From: Armatimonadota bacterium
Lineage (GTDB): Bacteria; Armatimonadota; SYMT01
DNA length: 64,000 nucleotides
Direction of reading: 5' to 3'
Assembly: GCA_041690135.1 (NCBI GenBank)
Contig: JAWLHY010000004.1
Location: 384,001-448,000 of the forward strand
Under the pieces are notes generated by a model, which saw only the letters and a program-made list of their open reading frames with translations, made no database searches and was not told the origin of the DNA. This document shows positions 1 through 9,788 of this stretch, one piece after another; the first letter of the stretch is position 1; every line of letters starts with the position of its first letter. A program made the translations under genes and the position numbers.

Positions 1-738
1 CACGAAGTGGCTGGCCGGGAAGACGACGTACCGATCCAGCGAGCGGATGATCTCCCCCGTCACCGGGTCCAGGGCGTCGATCTTCTCGATCTCGTCCCCG
101 AAGAAGTCCATCCGGATGACCACCTCTTCGTCCGCCGGGCAGACTTCGAGGATGTCCCCCTTCACACGGAAAGTGCCGCGGACCGGGGCGGTGTCGTTGC
201 GGCTGAACTGCATATCCACGAGTTGCCGCAGCAGGTCGCGTCGCTGGTACTCCTTGCCGACCTGCAGCGACAAGTTCGACTTCAGGTATTCTTCCGGCGA
301 GCCGAGTCCGTAGATGCAGGAGACGCTGGCCACGATGATCACGTCACGCCGCTCCAGCAACGCCTGAGTGGCGGAGTGGCGGAGGCGGTCGATCTCATCG
401 TTGATCGACGAGTCTTTCTCGATATAGGTGTCGGACTGCGGGATGTACGCCTCGGGCTGGTAGTAGTCGTAGTACGACACGAAATATTCGACGGCGTTCT
501 CCGGGAAGAACTCGCGGAACTCGGCGCAAAGCTGCGCGGCCAAGGTTTTATTGTGCGCGATCACCAGGGCCGGCCGCTGCACCGCCGCGATGATTCCCGC
601 CATGGTGAAGGTCTTACCCGACCCGGTCACTCCCAGCAGCGTCTGGTAGCGGTCGCCGCGGTCCAGCCCCTCGGAGAGCTTCGTGATCGCCTTCCCCTGG
701 TCGCCCTTCGGGGTGTAGTTGGGAGTGAGTTTGAACAT
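1..738 (-). CDS. uvrB: Excinuclease ABC subunit B, N-terminal part (runs off window start)
   Basis: Minus-strand translation from ATG at 738: [18 protein letters not shown]...[14 protein letters not shown] (Walker A)...[10 protein letters not shown]...[14 protein letters not shown]. The + ORF 7..762 is its antisense shadow. Confidence 0.97.
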   Translation of the reverse strand, partial: MFKLTPNYTPKGDQGKAITKLSEGLDRGDRYQTLLGVTGSGKTFTMAGIIAAVQRPALVIAHNKTLAAQLCAEFREFFPENAVEYFVSYYDYYQPEAYIPQSDTYIEKDSSINDEIDRLRHSATQALLERRDVIIVASVSCIYGLGSPEEYLKSNLSLQVGKEYQRRDLLRQLVDMQFSRNDTAPVRGTFRVKGDILEVCPADEEVVIRMDFFGDEIEKIDALDPVTGEIIRSLDRYVVFPASHFV

Positions 739-743
739 GGGCT

Positions 744-852
744 CGTGATGCGTAATGGGTAAGATCTCGCGCGAGGCGGGTGCTAGTGCAAGAGTACTGC
801 CTCGGGCAAGTGCGTGATGCGTGATGCGTAAGCCTACGGGCGAGGCGGCTGC
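744..852. repeat. Imperfect 40-bp direct repeat built on CGTGATG heptamers, upstream of uvrB
   Basis: 744-783 cgtgatgcgtaatgggtaagatctcgcgcgaggcgggtgc vs 813-852 cgtgatgcgtgatgcgtaagcctacgggcgaggcggctgc. Confidence 0.7.
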
Positions 853-1122
853 GGGTGCAAGGAGGCTGCCTCGTCCTGGGCTCGAACCCGTCCTGCCGTA
901 TGAGCCTCCATTCACCCTGGCGCAAGCAGTCCCATAAACCAAGCGACCTACTGCCCGCACTTCGGCCGGCGGACCCACCAAGACGTCTGCCTGAACCTCA
1001 CGCGCCCACTCCAGCAACCGCATGCCAACCCGCCGGTCACCTGGGTAGCGGAGCGACATCCCTGGGACACCCCCGCTGGAAAGTATGCCCGAACCCTTGA
1101 TTGTACGCACCTAAAGTTCGCC

Positions 1123-1482
1123 ATGTCAAAGAGAGCCGGACACTGGAGAGCAACCTCGGCGCGGCGGCCCGAACGCTCAAATTGCCGGACGGAAAATGCT
1201 AACCGGAGACCCGGCCGTCCCTCCGGCAGCCTGAGCCTCACCGTCCCGCGTGGCACCACCTACAAATCCACGTCAATCACCGCGGTCGTTATCACCGGCA
1301 ACCGCGCGCGGGTCTTCGGCCGGGCGAACGGCCCCAACCGGACCACTGTCGACTTCGTGGTGGAGATTGAGGACGGCGGCAAAGGCGCCGGCCAGGACCG
1401 CTTCCGGCTCGACGCCTCGGACGGTTTCAGCACCGGCCAACTGGCACTGCAGACAGGAAGCCTGACGATCAGCCAGAAATAA
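1123..1482 (+). pseudogene. Probable 5'-truncated remnant of an extracellular beta-sandwich (post-COAP-1-like) domain
   Basis: PSGSLSL...YKSTSITAVVITGNRARVFG...FVVEIEDGGKGAGQDRFRL...GSLTISQK looks coding, but the first ~25 codons do not, and there is no signal peptide. Confidence 0.5.
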
Positions 1483-2182
1483 CCGGCTGTGCAAACCCCA
1501 GGCGCTCACACAGCCGGTTGCGGCGGCGGGTGAAGTCGAGCGGCATTCGGGCCTCGCCGCGCAGGGCCTCCCAGCCGGCGAACTCGGCGCGGGCCATGGC
1601 ATCGAGGGCGTCGAGGTAGTGGCCGGGATCGTCCAGGGCGAGGGCGACCTGGAGGTCCGCATCCTCTTCACGCGCGTGCAGCCACTGTTCGAAGGGGCCG
1701 CCCGGGAAGGCCCGGCGCCAGAAGAGCCACACCATCGCGGCAACGGCGATACACGGGGTCAGCGGATGGGTGGGATGGGCTATTGCCAGACAGGACAGCA
1801 CTCCCAGGCCCACCAGCCAGAGGAAGCAGCCGGTGGCGAACCGGCAGCGGGTTCGGAACCCCTCTGTTCCGTCCACCGGCAAGCTGCGCCTCCGGGAGAG
1901 ACCCAGCGCCGCCCGCAGCGCGGCCTGCTGGTCCTGTGCAAGCCGCTCCCACGCCTCACACAGGATGCGGTCCTTTTCCCGCTGCGCCTCCGAACGAGGC
2001 AGCAATACCAGCTCGGAGTCGTCTATGGGCTCGACGGCACCTACCCTAGCAGCCGCCGCGGTAACCTCCGCGATCGCACGGCGGAGGCCCTCCCGGTCGC
2101 GCGGCAGCGGGTCCGGCACCGGGAGCCGGCCGATGCGGCTGTGCAACACGAGATTGGAGTCCCAGCGACGGTAGTCACGCAC
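1469..2182 (-). CDS. Membrane protein, degenerate M48/HtpX-like
   Basis: Two TM segments, then REEDAD...P..YLDALDAM...RRRNRL; no HExxH. Confidence 0.6.
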   Translation of the reverse strand: MRDYRRWDSNLVLHSRIGRLPVPDPLPRDREGLRRAIAEVTAAAARVGAVEPIDDSELVLLPRSEAQREKDRILCEAWERLAQDQQAALRAALGLSRRRSLPVDGTEGFRTRCRFATGCFLWLVGLGVLSCLAIAHPTHPLTPCIAVAAMVWLFWRRAFPGGPFEQWLHAREEDADLQVALALDDPGHYLDALDAMARAEFAGWEALRGEARMPLDFTRRRNRLCERLGFAQPVISG

Positions 2183-2201
2183 GGTTGATTTTACCGGAAG
2201 A

Positions 2202-4034
2202 TCAATCCAGCCCTAGCCTCTCCTGAAGGCGGGTCCGACGCCGGCTGAAGACCGGATGATTCTCGATCGCGCCCGGGTCCATACCGGTGGTCGCCGCCTG
2301 CAGCTCCTCCAGTTGGCGCAGCGTGTCGAGGAAGCGGCGCGGCGGATCGAAGGAATCGGCCACCACCACGTCCGCGTTCTCGATCCGCTGCTGCGTCCGG
2401 CGCGCGGAGACCATCGCCACCAGGCCGGTGGACATCGCGGAGATCATCAATATCGGCATCAGCCAACCCGCTGGCCGGCCGTTCCCCAGCACCAGCGACC
2501 CCATAAAGGCGACGAGAAGAAGCATAGGGAGCGCGGGAGCGCTATTCAACAGGCCGTCAATCACGCGGTCGCGGCGAGAGATGCGCTGGGTGAGGGCCAC
2601 GGCCGCGACCAGGCTCGCCACCTGTTCGGCACGAAGCTGTTCGACCAGGTCCTGGGTCACCAGCGCCGCGTCGTCCTGTACCGCCACGGCCAGCACACCG
2701 CTGACGGACTTCCTTGTCGGCATAACATAGCAGCGCGATACCGGGCACTCGAGCCGGGCGGTTAACTCGTGGATGGCCGCGCGCACATCCTCGGGGACCT
2801 GGGGCTCCCGGGAATGGCCCGTCTTGCGTCTCCGCCACTTCTCGCGGGACCAGGCGATCGCTCCGCCCACCCCCAGGGCCAGCATCCCCAAGGTGAAGGC
2901 GGCGGCCGACACGGGCGACAACCACGCCGGAAAGGCCATCGCGGCGCGCACATTCCCGGCCAACTCGAGGGCCGTGAAGAAGAGCGGCAGGAGCAGGAGA
3001 GCGGAGGCGCCGACCAGCTCCCCGGTGGCAGCCCGGTACCACGGCAGAGAGGCACGGATGGGGTACGCCCGGCGCTCCAATGGCAGCCCGATCAGCCGTC
3101 CCAGTACGAGCAGCCAGGCGATGGGCACGGTGAACACCAGGATCAGCATCGGCGGAGGAAGACGTCCGAACAGCATGACTACGCGCACGAAGCCCAGCAC
3201 GAACAGCGTGGTGACCCCACCCGCCACGGTGGTGACGAGAATGCCGCGGTGCCACCGGCGGTACTCGCGCAGGCGGTCCCGGTCGGCTTCCTCGCCCTTG
3301 AGGGGCCGCCTGCGCAGCTGGTCGCGCGCAGCGAGCAGAGCCGCCAGCGGAAGCAGCAGCCAGATCCCGGCGGCCGCGCCCAGAGCTGTTTGCCAACGGG
3401 TACTCGCGCCGTACTTCAGGGTAAGGCGACTCGCGGCTCCTGGGCTGGACAGGCGGAAGAAAGCGTACCGTTCTTCTGGCGCAAGAAAACGTGCCGTCCC
3501 GACCTCTCCCTGATGCTCCGGAACCGGAGACACGAATGCCGTATCGCCTGAAGCACGTACCACCAAAATGGCCGGCGCCGGCGTCAACCGCGCCAGGTAA
3601 GTCCGGAGCACCTTCAGGTTCAGCACCGACTGCGGACGGTTCCAGTCCCTCTTCCGTACCAGCCCGGAGATCCTGGCGTGCAGGTAAAGCCCACCCGGTT
3701 GCTGGTTGGAAGAGAGTACCGCCCCAGGCCATTTGAACGCATCGATCAGCTCCCGGAACCACCGTTCTCCGCGGGCGCGCGGTGTTTCCGGAGGGAGGCC
3801 CACCGTGAGAATACTCGTCCGTTCGGAGATCCGCAGGAAAACATGGATGGCCTGGCGGTTGTCGTAGCCGGTCCCCCAGTCGCGCATTCCTAGCCGGCGG
3901 GCAGCCCCGTCGTAGTGGGCCAGTCGGAGCACGCGGCTCTCCGGTTGGACCGGCGGAGCGGCCACCCCCGGCCCCGGCCCCAGGAGAACCAGGAGAACAA
4001 CGATCACCGGCCACATTATGGAAAGCAAACGCAT
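2202..4034 (-). CDS. Multi-pass membrane protein with degenerate M48-like C-terminal domain
   Basis: Signal peptide MRLLSIMWPVIVVLL; about 7 TM segments; C-terminus IENAD...PRRFLDTLRQL...HPVFSRRRTRL. Confidence 0.75.
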   Translation of the reverse strand: MRLLSIMWPVIVVLLVLLGPGPGVAAPPVQPESRVLRLAHYDGAARRLGMRDWGTGYDNRQAIHVFLRISERTSILTVGLPPETPRARGERWFRELIDAFKWPGAVLSSNQQPGGLYLHARISGLVRKRDWNRPQSVLNLKVLRTYLARLTPAPAILVVRASGDTAFVSPVPEHQGEVGTARFLAPEERYAFFRLSSPGAASRLTLKYGASTRWQTALGAAAGIWLLLPLAALLAARDQLRRRPLKGEEADRDRLREYRRWHRGILVTTVAGGVTTLFVLGFVRVVMLFGRLPPPMLILVFTVPIAWLLVLGRLIGLPLERRAYPIRASLPWYRAATGELVGASALLLLPLFFTALELAGNVRAAMAFPAWLSPVSAAAFTLGMLALGVGGAIAWSREKWRRRKTGHSREPQVPEDVRAAIHELTARLECPVSRCYVMPTRKSVSGVLAVAVQDDAALVTQDLVEQLRAEQVASLVAAVALTQRISRRDRVIDGLLNSAPALPMLLLVAFMGSLVLGNGRPAGWLMPILMISAMSTGLVAMVSARRTQQRIENADVVVADSFDPPRRFLDTLRQLEELQAATTGMDPGAIENHPVFSRRRTRLQERLGLD

Positions 4035-4202
4035 GTCCCGTCTCCAACGGAAACGATCACGAAGACGAGCACAATCAAGATCCGAGCCACTGAAGTCCCG
4101 TGTCTGTATGGAACGACTAAAGTCGCAGGCCACCTCCGGCCCTCAGGAGCGCGGCATTTCCTTGTCTTGATCGTAATCCTCATGCCAATAGATCGAAGGC
4201 CC

Positions 4203-4232
4203 CTTCATCCTTCCGCCTTCATCCTTCATCCT
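4203..4232. repeat. CTTCATC heptamer tandem repeat at gene end
   Basis: cttcatccttccgccttcatccttcatcct. Confidence 0.65.
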
Positions 4233-5948
4233 TTACAGAGTCCGCCGCAACTGCCAGACCGCGGCCTTCAGGGAAATCACTCCCACAACCCCGTAAACCA
4301 GGAAGGCGACCAGAGCCTGGAGCGGGCCGGCGAAGCCGGGATCGAAGCGGAGCGCCGAAAGGAGCACGTGCGGCATGCTGAGGTAAAGCGGCCCTGTGAG
4401 GCCGGGCAGCAGCCACTGGCCGGCCAGCACCAGTCCCACGGGCAGCACCAGCCACACGACGGCCCGCTGCTGCGCCACCGTGAGGGAGGCCGCCGTGGCA
4501 CAGAGGGCCGCCGTGACCGCGGCGGAAACCCCCACCGCCACCGGCACCGCGAGCACGGCAACGGGGACCGCCCCCCACGGCAGGAGACCTGTGAGGCCGA
4601 ACAGGAGGCCCCGAACCAGCGCGCCTGCACCGAGGGGCCACGCTTCCCGGCAGCACGCCCGCCACTTGGCCCCTACTATCTCCTCCAGGCTCACGGGCGT
4701 GCAGAGCAGGTAAACCCAGCGCCGCTGCTCTCGTTCGGCGGAAAGGCTGGCCGCCATCCCCAGCGACCCGATGATCGACGCCGCCGCCACTTCCAGCACC
4801 ACGAGCGGCAGCACCCGGTCGTGGAGAGCGGGGCCCGCGATCGCCGCGACCACGCCCGGCACCAGGGTCATGCCGAAAATGCAGATCCACATCGGGAGGC
4901 TCACGCGGAACCGCCAGCCGTAAGCCCATTCGAACGGGAAGATCACTTCGCGGGAGTAGTCCGCGGGGCGTTCCGCGCGGTGACTCGCCAGCCACGCCCG
5001 CACCGGCCGCAGGGAGAAGAAGTCGCCGGGATTCTTCTTCAAGGTCCGCTGGTTCAAGGCGGCAAACTCCCGGTCGGCGCCGGACATCCAGAGGGCCACG
5101 GCGCTCATCCCGAGGAGCAGCACCGTGATCTTGAACCACCAGGGGTCGCGGACCGCGCCTGCCGCTGCCGGAACGAGGGTGAGCGGATCGGCGTTGCGAA
5201 GCCAGGTGATGAAGGAATGCCACCAACTCCCCAGGCCCGACCCCATCCGGTTCAGGGCACGGAGCATTATCCAGAGCTGGAACAGGCCGAAGAACGGCAT
5301 CGTCAGGGCGAGAGGCGCCCGTTCCGAGAGCGAAATCAGCGCGCCGAGCATGGCGCCCAGCGCCGCCGTCATCGCCCAGGAGACCGCCACGCGAAAGACT
5401 GCGGATGCCGGAGCACCCGTGAACGCGGCGGCGGTCAGAAGCAGCGGAACCAGCATCAGGGTCCAGAGGATCCCCGCCAGCGCCAGGCCCAACCATTTGC
5501 CCAGCAAAACCTGCGTGCCGCGCGCCCCCGTAAGGAGCAGTTCCTCGATACTGCCGCTCGCCGTGTCGTGCCGCATCCCGGCCCATACCGCCCGACCCGA
5601 CAGCAGGAGAAAACCCGCCTGGATCAGGCAACCGTAGATCAGGAAGTAGGGCACGGCGGAGCGCATGCCCGCCGGCCCGTAGGCCCGGTGCAGCGGGATG
5701 AGAAGGCAGAGCACCGCCGCAACCGCCAGCCCCAATGCGGTCGCCTGCCGCGAGCGGGCGCCGGTGAGAATCCGGAACACTTCCCGCCGGGCCATGATCG
5801 GGACCAACTCGCCCCGCTCCGGGCGGGCCAGCCGCCCCACCGCGGCCCGGAACGCTCCCAGGCGGTCTGTAACAGCAACAACCCCGGAACTCATCCCAGC
5901 GAACGCCCCCAGCCTCGGGCCGAACCCACGCCGCTGCGCGGGGGACAC
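4233..5948 (-). CDS. ABC-2-type transporter permease with two fused permease halves
   Basis: Two motifs: DTASGSIEELLLT...VLLGKW and EREQRRWVYLLCTPVSLEEIVGAKW; many TM helices. Confidence 0.8.
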   Translation of the reverse strand: MSPAQRRGFGPRLGAFAGMSSGVVAVTDRLGAFRAAVGRLARPERGELVPIMARREVFRILTGARSRQATALGLAVAAVLCLLIPLHRAYGPAGMRSAVPYFLIYGCLIQAGFLLLSGRAVWAGMRHDTASGSIEELLLTGARGTQVLLGKWLGLALAGILWTLMLVPLLLTAAAFTGAPASAVFRVAVSWAMTAALGAMLGALISLSERAPLALTMPFFGLFQLWIMLRALNRMGSGLGSWWHSFITWLRNADPLTLVPAAAGAVRDPWWFKITVLLLGMSAVALWMSGADREFAALNQRTLKKNPGDFFSLRPVRAWLASHRAERPADYSREVIFPFEWAYGWRFRVSLPMWICIFGMTLVPGVVAAIAGPALHDRVLPLVVLEVAAASIIGSLGMAASLSAEREQRRWVYLLCTPVSLEEIVGAKWRACCREAWPLGAGALVRGLLFGLTGLLPWGAVPVAVLAVPVAVGVSAAVTAALCATAASLTVAQQRAVVWLVLPVGLVLAGQWLLPGLTGPLYLSMPHVLLSALRFDPGFAGPLQALVAFLVYGVVGVISLKAAVWQLRRTL

Positions 5949-6018
5949 CGTCCACGGAAACTAACGCCATTTCCGTGAAATCGTTACGCGCTTACGGGTT
6001 CAGCTCCTCTCCGGAGCT

Positions 6019-6441
6019 TCAATCGCCGGGAGGCTTGAGCTTATGGAACGCCGAGAGGCGGTCCGGTCCGTTCCGGCGGTAGCGAGGATCGTCCAGGTCC
6101 GGTACCAGCGCGAAGCCGCCGCTGGTCATCCGCACGATATGCAGCCGGCGGGGGCCTTCCTTCAACGACCCGGTCTCCAGGGTCGGCTCCAGAGTAATGA
6201 CGGCACCGCTGAGTTTCCATTTTCCTCGTGCCGCCCCCGGCTCCAGCAGGCAGCCGTCGCGAGCAGCAGTGTAGTCGCCGCTCGGAATAAAGTGGAGCGT
6301 GGTATTGTTGCGCAGGCCATCTCCACGATAGTAGCAGCCGGCGAGCTGGGCCGGAGTAATATCCGGTGCGGGAGACGCGGCGCGCACGAGCCCGGGCAGC
6401 ATCACAAGCGCGCAAAGACAAAGCGGAGTAAAGAGACGCAT
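6019..6441 (-). CDS. Secreted hypothetical protein
   Basis: Signal peptide MRLFTPLCLCALVMLPGLVRA; GGAGG RBS upstream. Confidence 0.75.
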   Translation of the reverse strand: MRLFTPLCLCALVMLPGLVRAASPAPDITPAQLAGCYYRGDGLRNNTTLHFIPSGDYTAARDGCLLEPGAARGKWKLSGAVITLEPTLETGSLKEGPRRLHIVRMTSGGFALVPDLDDPRYRRNGPDRLSAFHKLKPPGD

Positions 6442-6519
6442 GGTTCCTCCGGTCCCTGGTGTTAACCCGCGGGCGGCGGGAGTTCGGTCGGCAGTAAGAT
6501 GCGCAACTTCAGAGGTGGG

Positions 6520-6924
6520 TTACACCGTCTCCCCTTCCGCCGGGTAGTAGCGGACCCCATCCACGAAGTAGCAGCCTTCCTTCCGGGTGAGCTCGATGCG
6601 ACCCCCATCCTCATCCGCGATCAGGGTGACCGCCAGCCGCTCCTCCCCGGCCTGGATCACGTCCACCCAGCCACCGTCCGGACCCGCCCCCAGCGTTACC
6701 CGGAAATGCCCTTCGGTGTCGCAGAGATGGAGGTACCCTCCGTCACCATCGCCCGACAGTTCGATCACTACCCGCCCCTGCGCATCCACGATACGCACCG
6801 GAGCCTGGAGGGTCGTACCCACCGGCCCCACTTCGGAACGCGCCGAGGTCAGGTGTCGGATCGCAGCTTCGGCCTCGGCCAATCGCCGCTCCAACTCTTG
6901 CAGGTATTCGTCACGCGTTGTCAA
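6520..6924 (-). CDS. Hypothetical protein (coiled coil plus beta repeats), related to 62659..63039
   Basis: LQELERRLAEAE...APVRIVDAQGRVVIEL followed by GG-x-L repeats. Confidence 0.7.
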   Translation of the reverse strand: MTTRDEYLQELERRLAEAEAAIRHLTSARSEVGPVGTTLQAPVRIVDAQGRVVIELSGDGDGGYLHLCDTEGHFRVTLGAGPDGGWVDVIQAGEERLAVTLIADEDGGRIELTRKEGCYFVDGVRYYPAEGETV

Positions 6925-7016
6925 TTGGGTTGCCTATCCTGCAGCCTTGGACTGGCCGAACTCGCTCTGTACTGCGGTATACGTGGCTCCAGGTAAACGG
7001 AACAGCCGCCGTCTTT

Positions 7017-7088
7017 GCACCTGCAAAAGTAGGGTGGGATCTCTGTCCCCGCCTGGCTCCGAACTTGCACCCGTCGCGCCGTGCGGGG
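7017..7088 (+). repeat. Dispersed GTAG/REP-like intergenic element (family A)
   Basis: gcacctgcaaaagtagggtgggatctctgtccccgcctgg...ttgcacccgtcgcgccgtgcggg aligns by eye with 52865-52935 and 57526-57585. Confidence 0.6.
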
Positions 7089-7238
7089 CCCGCTTTTCCC
7101 GGCATAGGGTAACCCGCGAGGCAACTGGCCCATCAGGTAAACTTCGCTCTACATCACGAGCTACATGCGGCTCCAGGGGTCGCGGCTTTGCCGGTTCGAT
7201 ACGATTCCACAATAACGGATTGAGAAGAAGGAGTCCCG

Positions 7239-7661
7239 ATGAAATCCCACACCCATTACCTGACCGTTCATCTCCCCACCGAGCGCGGCTTCCTTAACAT
7301 TACCCCGGAGGTCGAGGCCCAGGTCCGCGCCAGCGGCGTCCGCGAGGGGCTGGTCCTCGTAAACCCCATGCACATCACCGCTTCGGTCTTCATCAACGAT
7401 GACGAGCGCGGCCTCCACCACGACTTCGAGAAGTGGCTGGAAGAGCTGGCGCCGTTCAATGCCAGCCCGCAGGTCTACCACCACAACCGCACGGGTGAGG
7501 ACAACGCCGACGCCCACCTCAAGCGGACGATCATGGGCCGGGAGGTGGTGGTGGCCATCACCAACGGCAAGCTGGATTTCGGCACCTGGGAGCAGATCTT
7601 CTACGGCGAGTTCGACGGCCGCCGCCCGAAGCGCATTCTCATTAAGATCATCGGGGAGTAA
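7239..7661 (+). CDS. yjbQ: YjbQ/UPF0047 secondary thiamine-phosphate synthase family
   Basis: [18 protein letters not shown] and [15 protein letters not shown] motifs; AGGAG RBS. Confidence 0.95.
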   Translation: MKSHTHYLTVHLPTERGFLNITPEVEAQVRASGVREGLVLVNPMHITASVFINDDERGLHHDFEKWLEELAPFNASPQVYHHNRTGEDNADAHLKRTIMGREVVVAITNGKLDFGTWEQIFYGEFDGRRPKRILIKIIGE

Positions 7662-7670
7662 TCCCGTCCG

Positions 7671-9158
7671 ATGTCCATCAATCTCCTACATGGGGCCGGC
7701 ATCGCGGTGCTCGTCCTTGGGGTGGCCGCTCTGCGGGAGTGGTGGCTGCTCGTGGTGTTGCCCCGGCGCGCGCACCAATTCCACGTGCGCGGGGAAACGC
7801 GCGAGGCAATCCGCCTCCTGGAACGCCTCGTAGACAAGAAGTCGGTATTGGGTGCGACGGCGCTGGCCGGTCACCGCATCGCGCTGGGAAACTACCTGGC
7901 CGGGCTGGGGGAACACACGCGCGCCGTGGGGGTGTTCCGGAAGAGCCTGGAGTGGGCGGCCGAGGTCGAACTGGAGTTGGACGTGCGTCACGCTCTGGCG
8001 CGCAGCCTGGAGGCGTTGGGCGACCGGGAAGGCGCGCGCCGTGAGTCGGAGCGCGTTTGGAAACTCCTGGCCACGGCCAAGCCGGAGACTCTCCTGGTCC
8101 GGGCCAACATCCTGGAAGAGGAGCACCACGACTACGAGGAGGCCCGTCGCACACTCCTCCGTCTCCTGGAGCGGCCCCCGCTGGGGATGGGCGAGCAGCG
8201 CCCCGTCCTGGCTCTCCGAGCGGCCCATTGCGCGACGCTGGCCGGTCGCCCAGAAGAAGCGCTGCCGGAGGTGGAGCGATTCCTGGAGGGACGCCCGGAG
8301 CTGTCCCTACGTCGAATGGCCCTCGAGGTGGCCGGAAGTGCCCTGGTGGCGATGGGGGATCTGGATGCGGCTGAACAGCGATGGCGCCAGGCTCTCGACC
8401 TTGCCCAGCAAGAGGGGAATCCGGCCCAGATTGCATCCGAACATGTCCAACTGGCCGAAACGCTCCTCCGGCAGGGCCGGGGAGCAGATGCCCTCGCCCA
8501 CGCGGAACGGGCGGAAAGCCATGCGCAGGCGTCCCGAATTGCCGCACGCATGCGGTCGACCCTCCATACCGAACAGGAGGCGTGGGATCAGGCGCGGGTG
8601 CAACTGGCGAACAGCCGGTCCATAACAGCACTTGCCGACCCGCAGTGGGAGCGGCAGAGCCTGGGCCATGTGGCGATGGCACAGGCCAGCCTGGAATTGG
8701 AAGCGGGTGACCCCGACGCCGCCCGGCGCTTTCTGGATGAAGCACGGACTGCTCTCGCAAGAGACCGGCGGCTGGCCCTCGTGTGCGACTCCCTCTCCGC
8801 CCGGATCGCTTCCCTTGAAGGGCGGCATGCGGAGGCGCTGGCGCTGCTCGTGGAAGTGCAGAAGGACCTGCGCAGGTTGCCGCACGACCGGGTTTCCTGG
8901 CTCCACTACGAAACGGCGATGTCGATCGTCCGCCACGAGGCGGGAGATTACGAAGCCGCGCGCGACCACGTCCACCGCGCACTCGGATGGCGACCCGATC
9001 CGCTGGCCATGCCGCGACTCTACTACCGCCTGGGGCAGTGCCTCTTGGCGCTGGGAGACCGGGTAGGGGCTCGCACTGCGCTCCGGCAGTCGCTGGAGTT
9101 TCCGTTCTCGACCCGCGCCTCGCGCGCCGCGCGGGCATTGCTGGAGCAGTTGGCCTGA
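7671..9158 (+). CDS. Membrane-anchored TPR protein
   Basis: N-terminal TM segment followed by multiple TPR-like helices (e.g. YYRLGQCLLALGDRVGARTALRQSL). Confidence 0.85.
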   Translation: MSINLLHGAGIAVLVLGVAALREWWLLVVLPRRAHQFHVRGETREAIRLLERLVDKKSVLGATALAGHRIALGNYLAGLGEHTRAVGVFRKSLEWAAEVELELDVRHALARSLEALGDREGARRESERVWKLLATAKPETLLVRANILEEEHHDYEEARRTLLRLLERPPLGMGEQRPVLALRAAHCATLAGRPEEALPEVERFLEGRPELSLRRMALEVAGSALVAMGDLDAAEQRWRQALDLAQQEGNPAQIASEHVQLAETLLRQGRGADALAHAERAESHAQASRIAARMRSTLHTEQEAWDQARVQLANSRSITALADPQWERQSLGHVAMAQASLELEAGDPDAARRFLDEARTALARDRRLALVCDSLSARIASLEGRHAEALALLVEVQKDLRRLPHDRVSWLHYETAMSIVRHEAGDYEAARDHVHRALGWRPDPLAMPRLYYRLGQCLLALGDRVGARTALRQSLEFPFSTRASRAARALLEQLA

Positions 9159-9183
9159 CCGGGTGCGCTCTTTCACTTCGCGC

Positions 9184-9215
9184 TTGACCCTGGAACCGGT
9201 TCCAGGGTTTACACT
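9184..9215 (+). promoter_or_regulatory. MerR-type promoter/operator with extended spacer
   Basis: TTGACC (9184-9189) and TACACT (9210-9215) with a 20-nt spacer; perfect 22-bp palindrome accctggaacc|ggttccagggt (9187-9208); ATG at 9222. Confidence 0.9.
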
Positions 9216-9221
9216 GGGTCT

Positions 9222-9788
9222 ATGATCCAGGACAGCACGATACTCGACACCTCGCCGGCCGAGGCTTCATCCGGCCCCACCCTGCTTCGACCGTCGGAGT
9301 TGGCGCGGCTGACGGGGGTAAGCACGGATACCCTGCGTCACTACGAGCGGAAAGGGGTGCTGCCTCCCCCGCGCCGCGCTGCGAACGGCTACCGGAAGTA
9401 CGCGGCGAACGATGCCCTCCCACGCATTCGGACCATCCGCCGGGCTCTCCGGCTCGGGTTCACGCTCGACGAGCTGGCGCGTGTGCTCCGCGCCCGGGAC
9501 ACGGCCGCCCGCGGGGAGGGCTCGCCGCCGTGCCGCGCCGTCCGGGACCTTGCGGCGGCCAAGCTCGCCGAAGTAGAGGCACGGCTCCAGGATCTCACCT
9601 TGCTGCGGGATGAGCTGCGGAACACCCTCGCGGAGTGGGATGCCCGCCTCGCCCGCACGGCGGAAGATGAGCGGGCGGGCCTGCTCGAGGCGCTGCCGGA
9701 GACGGGAGAGCCCTCGGTAGGCACGGGGCTTTGCAACTCATCCTCGTCCCCGCTCCCCCCTCTGCGCGTAAGGAAGAAACACCCATGA
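9222..9788 (+). CDS. MerR-family transcriptional regulator
   Basis: ELARLTGVSTDTLRHYERKGVL...NGYRKY HTH; LGFTLDEL. Confidence 0.93.
   Translation: MIQDSTILDTSPAEASSGPTLLRPSELARLTGVSTDTLRHYERKGVLPPPRRAANGYRKYAANDALPRIRTIRRALRLGFTLDELARVLRARDTAARGEGSPPCRAVRDLAAAKLAEVEARLQDLTLLRDELRNTLAEWDARLARTAEDERAGLLEALPETGEPSVGTGLCNSSSSPLPPLRVRKKHP

Noticed and set aside
7-762. 251-aa + strand ORF
   Set aside because: Antisense shadow of uvrB on the minus strand
878-892. GGTTCGAGCCC (minus strand) resembling a tRNA T-arm
   Set aside because: No acceptor, D or anticodon arms can be built; it is part of the dispersed repeat family
3915-5978. 687-aa + strand ORF and 583-aa alternative minus-strand ORF
   Set aside because: They overlap the ABC permease frame, which has clear motifs; their composition is that of shadow frames
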